Shown piece after piece: positions 48,501-59,480 of a stretch of DNA of 64,000 nucleotides (its first letter is position 1; every line of letters starts with the position of its first letter). The notes under the pieces are model-generated. The model had not been told where the DNA came from. It made no database searches and saw only the letters and a list, made by a program, of their open reading frames with translations. The position numbers and the translations under genes were made by a program. This DNA is from Macrostomum lignano (lineage: Eukaryota), in contig NIVC01001364.1 of the NCBI GenBank assembly GCA_002269645.1, positions 192,275 through 256,274 on the forward strand. Reading direction: 5' to 3'.

Positions 48501-51500
48501 CAGAGAATATCTGGTCATTGAAAGTCTCTGCGAGGAACTACAATGGTTTCAGAGAAAAAACGTTTACTTTTTAGAAGAAAAAAACCGCCTTAGAAACGAA
48601 TCTCTAACTCGGAAACTGATGCCACACACACAGTTTGAGCGGCAGCCCGAGTGGCTGCTGCAGAGTCTCTCGCACCCACCCCTTATCATGGCCCGGCAGC
48701 CCCCCGAACTGACTAACTGTGAAAGCATCAGCAAGAGGGCTCAGCTGAGTGACAGTAAGGGGTATTGTAAGAGCCTGTTCTGCAAAAGCATAGAAAAACA
48801 CTCTAGAGCACTGGAGTTGATAGTGGGGGGGGGAGATGTCAGCTAGTTCGTATTGCATAGCAACTACACAGCTCTAGGCTGTCTGCCTGCTGATTGTGAA
48901 ATCAACTCACAATGCTGCACTGCAGGACTGGGGAAGCTGGGCTATAAACCAGTGATTAAATATCGGCGATAATTTATTAATGAATCGATAATTTTGCAAG
49001 CTGCTTGGGCAGAGGTAAAGAAATTTTCATTAGTATGGGAAAATTACGAGCGTACTTGAGGCTGAAAGCAAAATTTGCTACTTATGAGTACACTGGGATC
49101 AAGCAAAAAGTTTTCAAAGACTCATAGATTCTTTAGGGTAAGCCCTAAACTCAAAATCCTTTACGGGGTACATCTATGCTCATGGTCCTTTCTTGGGTAC
49201 ATCAGCCCCTCAGGTGCTTCAGTGGGTAACATCAACCCCTCAGCTGCTTCAGTGGGTAACATCAACCCCTCAGGTGCTTCAGTGGGTAACATCAACCCCT
49301 CAGCTGCTTCAGTGGGTAACATCAACCCCTCAGGTGCTTCAGTGGGTAACATCAACCCTTCAGGGTACATCCAGCTACTGTGTTCTTCCCTTTATCCTTC
49401 AATCTTGAACAGCTCAATCAGGAGTCGTTCAACTTCAATATTTGTGTTGTACTTTCAAAAAAAAGTAATTACTCTCTCAAATACGTGATTTGGTTAGTTA
49501 AGGAGAATCTCTGTGACTAAAAATTGTAAAGAAATCAAGCACAGGTGAAGCAAGTGATAAGCTCTGTTTATTGCCTTCGAGCTTCCAATTCCGCCAGGCG
49601 TCTTCTGGCCTCGGCTTCTTCCTTGATGCGGCGCAGTCGATCTCTAAGCTCGGGTGCGAATTCGAATCAATGAACGCATTTTTTTGTTTGTCCGGTGGCG
49701 AGTTTGTTTAAATGATAAAATGACGTTTTTAAGTTTCACGCATCCAAACTGGCAGCTCAGGATTGAATTACCCGACTATTTATTAAAACAGCTCAGACGT
49801 GTGGACCTGCCACTCACCGCACCCTGTCAGCCAGGGCGAGCTCGGCATCCTTGATCTGACGCCGGAGCTGATTCTCCATCTGTTCCAGCTGCCGCAGCCG
49901 CCGGCTTCGCTCCTCTTCCTCGCGCTGCAGCTGCTCGAACTCCAGCAGTTTAGCCTTCAGCATCCCGTTGGCGGCTTCATCAGACTTCGCCTGCTCCCCA
50001 GCCGCGGGCAGCTCGGCCGCCGCTGCCGCCATTCGCGCCTTCTCCGCCTCCCAGAGTCGCCGTTGACGACGCATCTCGTCCAGCAGCGCCTCGGCTGACA
50101 TCGCCGTCAGACGGGCGTCGTCATTCTCGTCGCTGTTGTCCTTGACAACGACGCTTCGAGCTCTCGGCGTTATCGGGATTTGAGAGGTGGAATCGTTGTT
50201 GAAGGCGTCGGTGTCGGCGGCAGCGGCGGCGGCGGCGATGGAGGCGTCGGTTTCAGCGCTGGCGGCTCCTCGGCGCTGGTCCTGCCCGCCCGTCGACAGT
50301 CGATAGGTGGCGCCGCTGACTGTCCGCTCCGACGTCGATGACGGCGGCTCCGTCAGCGGCGACTCGTCAAACGGCGGCGGAGGCGGCGGCGGCGGCGGCA
50401 GCGGCATAGGCGAAGATCTCAGTGAATCTTCATCGTCAGCCTCCGCTCCCGTTGCGGAGGCACCAGCGGCCGCGGCCGCAGCCTGAGCTTTGCTGCAAAA
50501 TTTGCGTCAAATAGGAGTTTCTATGAGTTTTTCTTGGTTCGCAAATTGAGGCAGCTGCTGCTATCCTGCTGAGAATCGTTCTGTTTCAATTTTAACTAGC
50601 TAGTTGTTTGGTTGCGGGGGAGGGGTCGGGATTAGGTGTGCATGTAATCAAACTTCTGAGAACAGACTAGCCATTGTTCTTTGCAAATAAAGAGCTTAGA
50701 GGAGGGCTAACCGAGATTCAATGTACATTGAGAGTTTCGAAGAGGGCTAGTCGGGATTCAATGTACATTAAAAGTTTCGAGAAGGGCTAGTCGAGATTCA
50801 ATGTACATTGAAAGTTTCGAGAAGGGCTAGTCGAGATTCAATGTACATTGAGAGTTTCGAGAAGGGCTAGTCGAGATTCAATGTACATTGAGAGTTTCGA
50901 GAAGGGCTAGATGAAATTCAATGTACATTGAGAGTTTCGAGAAGGGCTAGATGAGATTCAATGTACATAATTTAGATTCAATGTGCAATATTACTTCGCA
51001 AAGTTAAGTATAAATGCGTTTGTATATAATAAGGACAGAGAGAAACCCAAATAAGAGGTATCAAAGAAACGTAAAATTTATTGTGAATTTCTAAATTAAA
51101 GAGTGCATTACAGTCTTTTATCAGCTGAGGAAATGCAAAAGAAACACACAGGAAGGGTTTAAGCAGACTATCAAACTGGCACGTACACTTTGCTCTAGAA
51201 GTTTTATTTTGCTGATCGATAAAGTGTACTGAATAAAGATGCTGGCTTCTTACAATATGTACCTGCATTGCTTCGGGTGTTTTCTGTCGATTTTTGCTCC
51301 ATCCGCAGGCTCACACACCCCTATATAAGAAGTATTAAGTCCACGACCAAGCAATTGCAGGACCAGAAGCCCCAGGCCAAAGTTTCGAGCACAAGCTCCG
51401 AAATGAATGCAGCCTTGCACGGAATAGAAGCAGGTGTCGTGGAGCGAGAGTCGGACCGCCGCTCTTGCCCTCCCACTAAATTCCCTAGACAGTTCTAACC

Positions 51501-54500
51501 ACTGCTCTCAATAAAGTTTCAACAGCAGTTTACAAAGGCACTCACCACCGCGGCATTCAATCCTCTGGCCAAGCCAGCTCAGAAGCTTCGAACTCGGGCC
51601 AAGTCTACAAACACTCTTCCAGTCTCTGGGCTGAACTTCAAGACAGGTAGGCAGACGACAGAAGCGAGAAGCAAAGGTAATAAATAACGAGTATTTTTGT
51701 GCTTGTTGACAGGTAGGCAATACGTCTGTGCAGTTGGTGCAGCTATCAATGATATTTAAAAAGGAAAATTCATAATTGCGTGCATAAATAAAATATGCAA
51801 AAAAAAATAATAGAGTATTGTGTACAGTAAAAATCAACTGAGCTGCCATATTTGGTGCGATAGAGAAGAATCCAAGTGCTCAAGATTTCTCACCTCTCCA
51901 GCTCTTCGTAGTCCATGTCCAGTCCGGAGTCGAAGGGAACGGGAGATCGGGACTGACCTGCCAGGTGAACCAAAACAATGCTTCACTCAGTGTTAACTAA
52001 TGCACAGCGAAAACTAATTACTGTAACTACAGAAGAATCCTGTTTTCTTAGAAAGCAACTATTGCGCTTTGCCCAAGCAGTTGATGAAGCTAAGAAGTTT
52101 TAAAACAATAGAAAACATTGCGCCAGTCGCTTATTCATCCAGATGTTTCATAAAAATGCATAACAATACTTCTGCTTCTCTGACAACAAAATTTGCATTC
52201 GATCGCTTGCTTCTTACATACACTCGTACGTAACCCGTCAGTGTGACGACCTCTTTAATTTCTAACGAACAAATTGCTTTCTAGAAGTATATTAAGTCCA
52301 TCTTCATCTACCCAGGATTTATTACAGGATACGCCTAAAGTGTATCCTTATCGTAATCGGTCTCGCTGTATTCATGTGTATATTTAAATTCTGCTAACGG
52401 AATAGAAGCAGGTGTCGTGGAGCGTAAAATTACTTCAGGGGCCCGTGCTATCGAATACTCTTAACTCCTAAATCCTTAAGAGTGTCCTAACTCCTAGCTC
52501 CTAGCTGGCTTTTCTGTGCTATAGAATCAAGAGTAAATTTTAAGAGCTAGGAGGCTCCTTAAGGACGTTAGGATACTCCTTGGTGAATTTAGGAGACCTC
52601 ATTAAGGTTTGTCGCGTGCTATAGAATAAGGAGCGGAGCGTAGGAGCTAGGAGCTAGGAATTGCCGTTTAGGAGTGAGTTTTAGGAGTGCGTGTCCTATA
52701 GAAGGAGCGAAACTCATTTCTAGCTCCTAATTCCTAGTTAAGACTTCAAGGGCCAAATTTCACTCTTAGGTTATAGTAGGATCGTATGATTCGTTTCTTT
52801 TTTCATGTTTTCGGACAGTGAGCTAGGCTCGGACGATGAGGGAGCTAATGATCGACGACCCAGACAATTTAAGCAGAGCATTAACTTTTTTGAAGAATAT
52901 AATACTGTGTCAGGATTTCGGCTCAATGAGAATCAACTCTTGGCGACATTCAAGGATGACCTCTCTCCACATTTCAATCTTGAGTGCTTTTGTTATTGTT
53001 GGCGAAAAGGCACCGAAAAGGTGCACGTCCTTTCGAGCCGCAATCGCTTTAACAAACGCAACTTTTTGGTTTGCTTGCATTGTTTGAATTCACGAATTGC
53101 TCCTATAATTACTCCTTAAGGTGCGTACATTTAGGAGTTTAATATAGCACGTAGATTGGCAGACTCCTTAGCCAATCGCCTTACACTCCTTAGAACTCCT
53201 CCTCACTCCTATGCTGCACTCCTTAAAACAACTCCTAGCTCCTAACTCTTGATTCTTGAACTCTATAGCACACAAAATCGATTCGCTCCTTGCTAGGAGC
53301 ACTCCTGACTCCTAACTCCTTACTCTTTGCTCTTAAATCTATAGCATGGGCCCCAGATCTCTCCCCTCTGTCCCTAAAGTACAATGTAATCCACCTCACT
53401 TGGTTGATGTGCAACTTTCAATTTTGCCGTCTCCATCCATCTGCCTTTCTTTCCCTTCCGCCCTAAATAATGTACATTGTGTGTTGTTATCGATCCGTCT
53501 CCAACTTCAGTGTGTATTTTAACTTTCGCTACCCCTCTACCCCAACGTGCACGCCCGAGTCTCTCCCCCTCTGCCCCCTAACTGTGTGTTTTTATCGATC
53601 CCTCTCCCTCGGGCGCATTTTAGCTTTCGCTTTACCCCTCTACTCCAATGTGCACACCCAAGTCTCCCCTCTGCCCAATAGTGTACATTGCCATCGGCCG
53701 CAAATAATCTCTGGCTTACTGTCGGCAGTGCCGGGCCGCGAGCCGAGGCCCGGGTAGCTCTGCATCGGGTAGGGGCCGATGTACACTCCAGTGATGCCCT
53801 TGTGCGCCACCTTTGGCGTCCTGCCGTGATATACGGCTAGAAACAAAGAGCGGGATAAAACGGAGCCGAAATACAGAATCACTGAGGCTGTTTCATTAAT
53901 TCGGGATCTAAAAAATGGTCAGGAGCTAAATCTAAAACCAGTTTTGTGTTAAAAATTCGGAACAACCAAAAATGAAAAAACGGCGGTAAAATGCATAAGC
54001 AATTTATGCAAATTTAGTCTCCATAGAGACTGCTACAGTTTCTCCTGTAATTTAGTATCGATTTTTTAAAAATCAAAAGTAAGGTAGCTTGTATGTGGTA
54101 TTCGTTACTACTGTGCGTGATTGAAAACGGAAATTATTAGTAAGCCATCATAGCATAAAATCGATAAGCTCGGCTAAAAATTATTTCTTAAAAAAATTTA
54201 AAATGGCGCATTTCTGCCTCACTCGTCTCGCTCAGTCGTTGGTGATGCCTCATTCTTTGTGCTGAAAATTAGAGAGACCAAAAAGGCATTGCAGTCTAAC
54301 GTTCATCGTCAGGACGGCTAATTGTGAGGTCGACCACTTAGAAGAGTGCCACACTGTTCTGACTGAAGATTGCTAACATTAACTTGGCCATAAAGAGTGC
54401 CGCACCCCATGCCTGATCAGCCTTGACAACTGAGCAGCAAAGCGAGCTAAATACAGTTTTTTAGGCAAACCGGAGAACCAGTTTCTCTAGGATGACTCAC

Positions 54501-56622
54501 TTTGACGAGGCGAATCGAAGTTTTGCTGCTGCAAAGGTGGCTGCTGCTGCTGCTGCCTCGACGACCGTTGCGGCTGCTGCAGGGCTCGGTGATTCGGGTA
54601 GCTGCGATTCGAAGCAATGGAGCCATCGGAGCTCGATTGAGATCGGCGAGCGATGTCATAGTCCAGCACGAATATCTCGGGGCAGTAGGCCTGTTGTGCA
54701 CGATTCAATTTTCGTATTTGCAGTCTACTCCGATTCGGGAAAATAGTGTTTTACGCTAGTAATAATATTAATAATAATAATTGATTACACCTGCCCTAAT
54801 GGCCAGATGTGCAACCGACAGCTCAGCCGCAGCTATTGCGCGGCGCATCTGAAGGCTGCGTACGGCTGTTCAGTCCAAGGACTGGGGGGTCGCCACACAC
54901 ATCCTCAATTACCCCAGCTTATTCTTGCACCCATTTTACAGCTGGGTGAACTGAAGCAATGCAGAGTTAAGTGTCTTGCTTAATGACAAAAATTGTTCTA
55001 GTGGGATCGGGAATCGAACCCCCGACCATCAAGTCGTGAGTCCGACGCTCTAACCACTAGGCTACAACCCCTCCACTAGGCTACAACCCCTCCACTAGGC
55101 TACAACCCCTCCACTAGGCTACAACCCCTCCACTAGGCTACAACCCCTCCACTAGGCTACAACCCCTCCACTAGGCTACAACCCCTCCACTAGGCTACAA
55201 CCCCTCCACTAGGCTACAACCCCTCCACTAGGCTACAACCCCTCCACTAGGCTACAACCCATAGCCTTCTACCCAGATTTAATGGTGCAAGAGGTCAGAA
55301 CATGTTAATAGCTACACTGCTCAATAAGTCTTCAGAAAACTCTGCTTGATACAATTACTAGAGTTATGCCAAACTACTCTCTAGCTACACAGATCTGGCA
55401 GACGGCTTACGTGAGGCGGCAGAAAGTGCTTCACTTTTAGCTCCTTTTCCTGTCGGCTGCGAACCTGAAATTTCCGGTACGACAACGCCAATAGCTTAAA
55501 TTGCTCGATTATGTTTTGCTGAAGTTATAAAAAACCAACACAACAAGCACTAACTTGAGTCAAGCAGCGACCGACGCTTTTGCAGAAGACAAAGTTTCTG
55601 GGAACAATCTCGTAGCCAAGCTGGCGCTCGATGTCGCTGCGGACCTGCTGCAGCAGGGACTCGGGGAAGACGCTGAAATCATTGTGTGCCCAGAGTACTG
55701 GCTAATCCTTTTTTATCACACCTGCCTAATTTGGGCCAGATGTGCAACCGACAGCTTAGCCGCAGCTATTGCGCGGCGCATCTGAATGCTGCGTACGGCT
55801 GTTCAGTCCAAGGACTGGGGGTGGGGGGATCGCCACACACACCGTCAATGACAATTACCCCAGCTAATGCTGGCACCCATTTTACAACTGGGTGAACTGA
55901 AGCAATGCAGAGAGTTAAGTGTCTTGCTCAAAGACACAAATTGTTACTGGGTGGTCGAGAATCGAACCCCCGACCTTCAAGTGGTGAGTCTACTCAGATC
56001 ACTATTGGTTCATACGGACATTTCCAACAGTAGTTGCCTCCGTTCTAGCGCAGTTGCACCATCCCGACCCCATTAGCTTCGCCTCCAATAGAAATTCCGG
56101 CTTCAGTTCACTGGATGAAGGAAGCCAGTCAATCAACCGCATAAAAATTGTCAAACCATCCATATTCGCAGGAGGGCTGCGGCCAACCTGGCGCAACGCG
56201 ATGTGTGACGTCATTCACAACAAGCACTGAGGCAATTCTTAGTCTGACCATTCCGCTGGCTCCTGAGCACGTACAAGTGCAAGCGCGCCAATACTGTACG
56301 CAGGCACGCACTCATACACTCGCTCACACAGGGTGTACAGCGGCCCCTGACTTTCTAATCATCAAGAATGTACACTCTCTGTGCTTCGAGGATTGGCCCT
56401 CATGGCTGTGAATCGCACGACAACCCCCGGCCAATTTTCAAGCACAAACCCCAAATGAATGTGGCGGAATCGAACGAGGTGCTTAGAGCTGTTTTGCCCC
56501 ATCAGTCAGCCTTACCGAATGAATCCGGCAGACACGGTCTCGCCGATGATCTGGTTGAACGCGCTGTGCAGCCGCTCCTGCCACAGTGCTGGCGGGACAA
56601 CGTAGACATGCAAGTCGACCAT
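36577..56622 (-). CDS. SPATA1: SPATA1-like protein (spermatogenesis-associated protein 1 family), 17 exons, about 848 aa, with central E/R-rich helix
   Basis: Exons (minus strand) 56622-56516, 55672-55555, 55464-55411, 54690-54501, 53836-53720, 51957-51894, 50492-49818, 49643-49575, 46388-46041, 45366-45320, 45210-45105, 44423-44354, 43451-43385, 41130-41005, 38997-38822, 38353-38255, 36690-36577 join in frame. N-terminus MVDLHVYVVPP..SAGFIRVFPE..FVFCKSVGRCLTQVRSRQEKELKVKHFLPPHAYCPEIFVL and C-terminus ARDMWKKRYFEEKK..MQHEIEELQRRVDDSKMKLTAEVKLRSQAEAELRAMKAEL recall SPATA1. An upstream coding exon is possible. Confidence 0.8.
36748..38172 (+). repeat. Tandem duplication (~650-770 bp), each copy holding a 16-bp (GAGGGTGTGACTTTTT)n array
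   Basis: Flanks repeat at 36748/37403 and 37170-37392/37965-38172. Confidence 0.9.
38440..38640 (+). repeat. Unclassified dispersed repeat copy
   Basis: CCCTGGCGCAACG...CCATTCCGC..CTCCTGAGCAC..GTACAGC.GCCCTGACTTTCTAATCGTCAGG. Confidence 0.7.
39116..40492 (+). repeat. 38-bp minisatellite (CCACACCTCACTTCCTACCCCTACAGACCCCAACCCAG)
   Basis: About 36 copies. Confidence 0.97.
41210..41405 (+). repeat. Unclassified dispersed repeat copy
   Basis: Shares GCGCGCCAATACTGTACGCAGGCACGCACTCATACAC with the 56.3 kb copy. Confidence 0.75.
42766..43379 (+). repeat. 41-bp minisatellite containing telomere-like CCTAAACCCTAACC
   Basis: About 15 copies, period 41. Confidence 0.95.
44035..44200 (+). repeat. 14-bp G-rich tandem (AGAGGGAGAGGGGT)
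   Basis: About 11 copies. Confidence 0.9.
45405..45890 (+). repeat. 14-bp tandem (GATCTACTCTGCCC)
   Basis: About 34 copies. Confidence 0.95.
47113..48440 (+). repeat. 20-bp minisatellite (GACCAGGATCTCTAGACAAA)
   Basis: About 66 copies. Confidence 0.97.
49195..49368 (+). repeat. 30-bp tandem with alternating variants (60-bp dimer)
   Basis: ATCAACCCCTCAG[G/C]TGCTTCAGTGGGTAAC x~5.5. Confidence 0.92.
50710..50968 (+). repeat. 40-bp tandem containing the palindrome TCAATGTACATTGA
   Basis: About 6.5 copies. Confidence 0.92.
52439..53353 (+). mobile_element. Internally deleted PIF/Harbinger DNA transposon (915 bp)
   Basis: TIR GGGCCCRTGCTAT at both ends, 3-bp TSD CAG (52436-38 and 53354-56), repeated subterminal GCTATAGAA/CTCCTA motifs. 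Internal RRPRQFKQSINFFEEY..FRL resembles a Harbinger transposase N-terminus. Confidence 0.85.
54760..55071 (-). mobile_element. tRNA-derived CORE-type SINE with (ATT)n tail
   Basis: Reverse-complement copy. Confidence 0.8.
55052..55260 (+). repeat. 19-bp tandem (CCACTAGGCTACAACCCCT) x~11 derived from the SINE 5' end
   Basis: Unit equals the A-box region of the adjacent SINE. Confidence 0.92.
55716..55995 (-). mobile_element. tRNA-derived CORE-type SINE, 5'-truncated
   Basis: Reverse-complement copy lacking the A-box end. Confidence 0.75.
56180..56420 (+). repeat. Unclassified dispersed repeat copy
   Basis: Longest copy of the family. Confidence 0.75.
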
Positions 56623-58815
56623 CTGGTTAGGTTGGGATTTTAGCAAATCATTTGAATTAGCCAATTAGAAGTAAAAAAGCAATTTTTGTTTTTTGTTTTC
56701 TAAAATATCCTTGAAATTATATTATCAGTGAAAGTGTCACCTTGATCAATTGCTGTTTTCCAACTATAAATAATTTAAATATGAAGGTAATACAATCTCT
56801 CAAACAACTATATCACCAGAAAAGTTAAAACTTGCATTAAATGTTTAATAAATTAAAGTCAAAAGTGGGAATACTAATTCATCCATTTATTATTAATTAT
56901 AAAATAAAAATAAAAGTAACTTTTACAATAATAAAATAAAACAGATTTTAAAAGCTTATGTTCTCCAACCGAGGCCATAAACAGGGTACCCATATAAAAA
57001 TTTCTACTAAAATAGTTTTGTGTACTGAAAAAAGTGCAAGAAATACAAAAAATTTTAATTACGAGTTTACGACCTACAGTCAAGCATACAAAAATCTGCA
57101 TAATGATTTATCTTCTGTAGTACATGTACATATACGTATACTCGCACGTATATTCCAACTAATGTTTGTAAAAACAATGAGAATTCAAGCATACTAAATA
57201 GTTAACTACAGACTACAGTCTACACTACAGTGCACTACACGTGAAAGATGCAAAAAATAATTAAGAAGCGCAGGCTGGTAACCTTTTTAAATTACAAATT
57301 TACCTGCTCGGATGGCGGTCTATTAGGATGGCTCTCATAATCCATGACTGTGTTACTTGCGGTTCAGTGCTTTACTGCTTCATTTCACTATTTTAAGTTT
57401 TGTAACAAGGTGGTAAGACTAAATTGGGACTAGCTTAGCGAAAAGGGGCGACTGATAACATGTTGAATTGTTCGCGACTCTAAATTAAGCTCGTAGTTAT
57501 CTCTTTTATAGTAAGATCTTAGTAGACAAAAACAGTTTTTTTAAAGTTTATTTTACAATTTTTACAAGTTTTAAAAGTATTATTACGATATTATAAACAG
57601 AGATCATTGCTTGTTTGTTAGTTCAAGGATTGAAAAAAAATCCGTAAAATATAAAATAAAAAGCGACTTTGTGTTTTAAAATTTTGGAATTGAAAAGTAT
57701 CTTTATCATTAGATAAATACTTCTTCAAGCAAAAAAAAACAAAGAAAAGCTGTTTTAAAGCTTACTTGTATACAACTACGAGCCTGAACTACGTCCTTGA
57801 ACTACGAGCTAAAATCTAGTACTCTCTCCCCCAATTTTTCTTTACGCAACGAGCTTCTTAGCAGCTATCGTCCTTCAATACTTGAACCAAATGTTTCTAC
57901 CATCGTGATTGAATCTTGATAAAGACTATTTGAACTGCATAACTTGATAATTTTTATATAAATTGAATTTAGGCAACGATTGGACTTTAGCACATTCCGG
58001 TCTAAATAGACTCGTGTATGTAAATGCATATATGTACATGTATGCGAAAGCCTTCCCTTATAAATCATTTAAACAACTAGCTCACGTGTGATTAATTACG
58101 TTGATTGATCAAAAGTTACTCGGCTAAGCGAGACAATTTTACCAAATTGGAGCAGATAGGTTGATAAATGATAATTTTAACTTCCTGTCGAACGTGGGGA
58201 AGCATGCTTGGCCATCATGCAAAACTGTGCCATTTCCATTTATACTTTAGTCCATACGAGTATGTCAATATCATGCTGTCTGTCATGCAAGCAGGCTGTT
58301 TTTAATTTCAATCAAATAAAGGACGCAAAGGACCACGCACGTATATATCCCAGCTACAGCTAGGCATGTCCCACCACCTAAAGCTGATTCTGTGTTGCAT
58401 ACATGTATACGAGCCAGCATGCAGTACACACCACATTTTAGCTAAATACTGTAATTTAGATAATTTATCCATCCTTGCCACTACCAAATTTTCATTACGT
58501 ATTATTACTCCTTAAAATGTGAATTTCAAAGCATGATACATGTATATGACAGTAGGATCCCTATCCCTTCGTTTCACCATATTGAGTTTGAGTGATATTT
58601 ATACTGTTGGTCCTTGGTGAAATTCGTGACCGTCAATTGAATCAATAAAGTTATAATCCAGTATACTTTAAGTATCAATACGCTCGCATATTCTAAGAAA
58701 TCAACTCAGCAACGTCTGTTTGAAAGTGAGTCCCGATTCTAGGAAACACGAGCACCACGCAGATTACGATTTCGATTAAAGCCATGGAGGCTTTGGATTC
58801 TAATAAAACCATGTA

Positions 58816-58888
58816 CGAGTGCCTCCTGTTCAAGTTGCTATTCATAAATTTTATAGAATAGCGAAACTTACTTTTGGGATAGCCCTCG
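58816..58888. mobile_element. 73-bp hairpin remnant with a mariner-like terminus
   Basis: Right end reads TA-CGAGGGCTATCCCAAAAGTAAGTTTCG on the minus strand; degenerate inverted copy on the left; TA on both flanks. Confidence 0.55.
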
Positions 58889-58944
58889 TACATGTATGTT
58901 ATAGTACATGTATGATCTCCAATATTAAATTCAGGAGCCATTCT

Positions 58945-59480
58945 AAGGTCTCCGATTCCAAGAAAACCATGGGTACGTGTCCAATTCCAAGAAACCATGG
59001 GTCATTGTAAGATCTCCGATTCTAAGAAAACCATTGGTCATTGTAAGATCTCAGATTCCAAGAAAACCATTGGTCATTGTAAGATCTCCGATTCTAAGAA
59101 AACCATGGGTCATTGTAAAATCTCCGATTCCAAGAAAACCATGGGTCATTGTAAAATCTCAGATTCCAAGAAAACCATGGGTACGTGTCCAATTCCAAGA
59201 AACCATGGGTCATTGTAAGATCTCCGATTCTAAGAAAACCATTGGTCATTGTAAGATCTCAGATTCCAAGAAAACCATTGGTCATTGTAAGATCTCTGAT
59301 TCTAAGAAAACCATGGGTCATTGTAAAATCTCAGATTCCAAGAAAACCATGGGTCATTGTAAGATCTCAGATTCCAAGAAAACCATTGGTCATTGTAAGA
59401 TCTCAGATTCCAAGAAAACCATGGGTCATTGTAAAATCTCAGATTCCAAGAAAACCATGGTCATTGTAAGATCTCAGATT
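58945..59480 (+). repeat. 36-bp minisatellite (GATTCCAAGAAAACCATGGGTCATTGTAAGATCTCA)
   Basis: About 15 copies, with a 208-bp higher-order duplication. Confidence 0.95.

Noticed and set aside
51546-51604. Possible extra SPATA1 exon (AG...GT bounded, RLGPSSKLLSW)
   Set aside because: Its phase 2-to-1 boundaries would frameshift the next exon; 51894 joins 50492 directly in frame.
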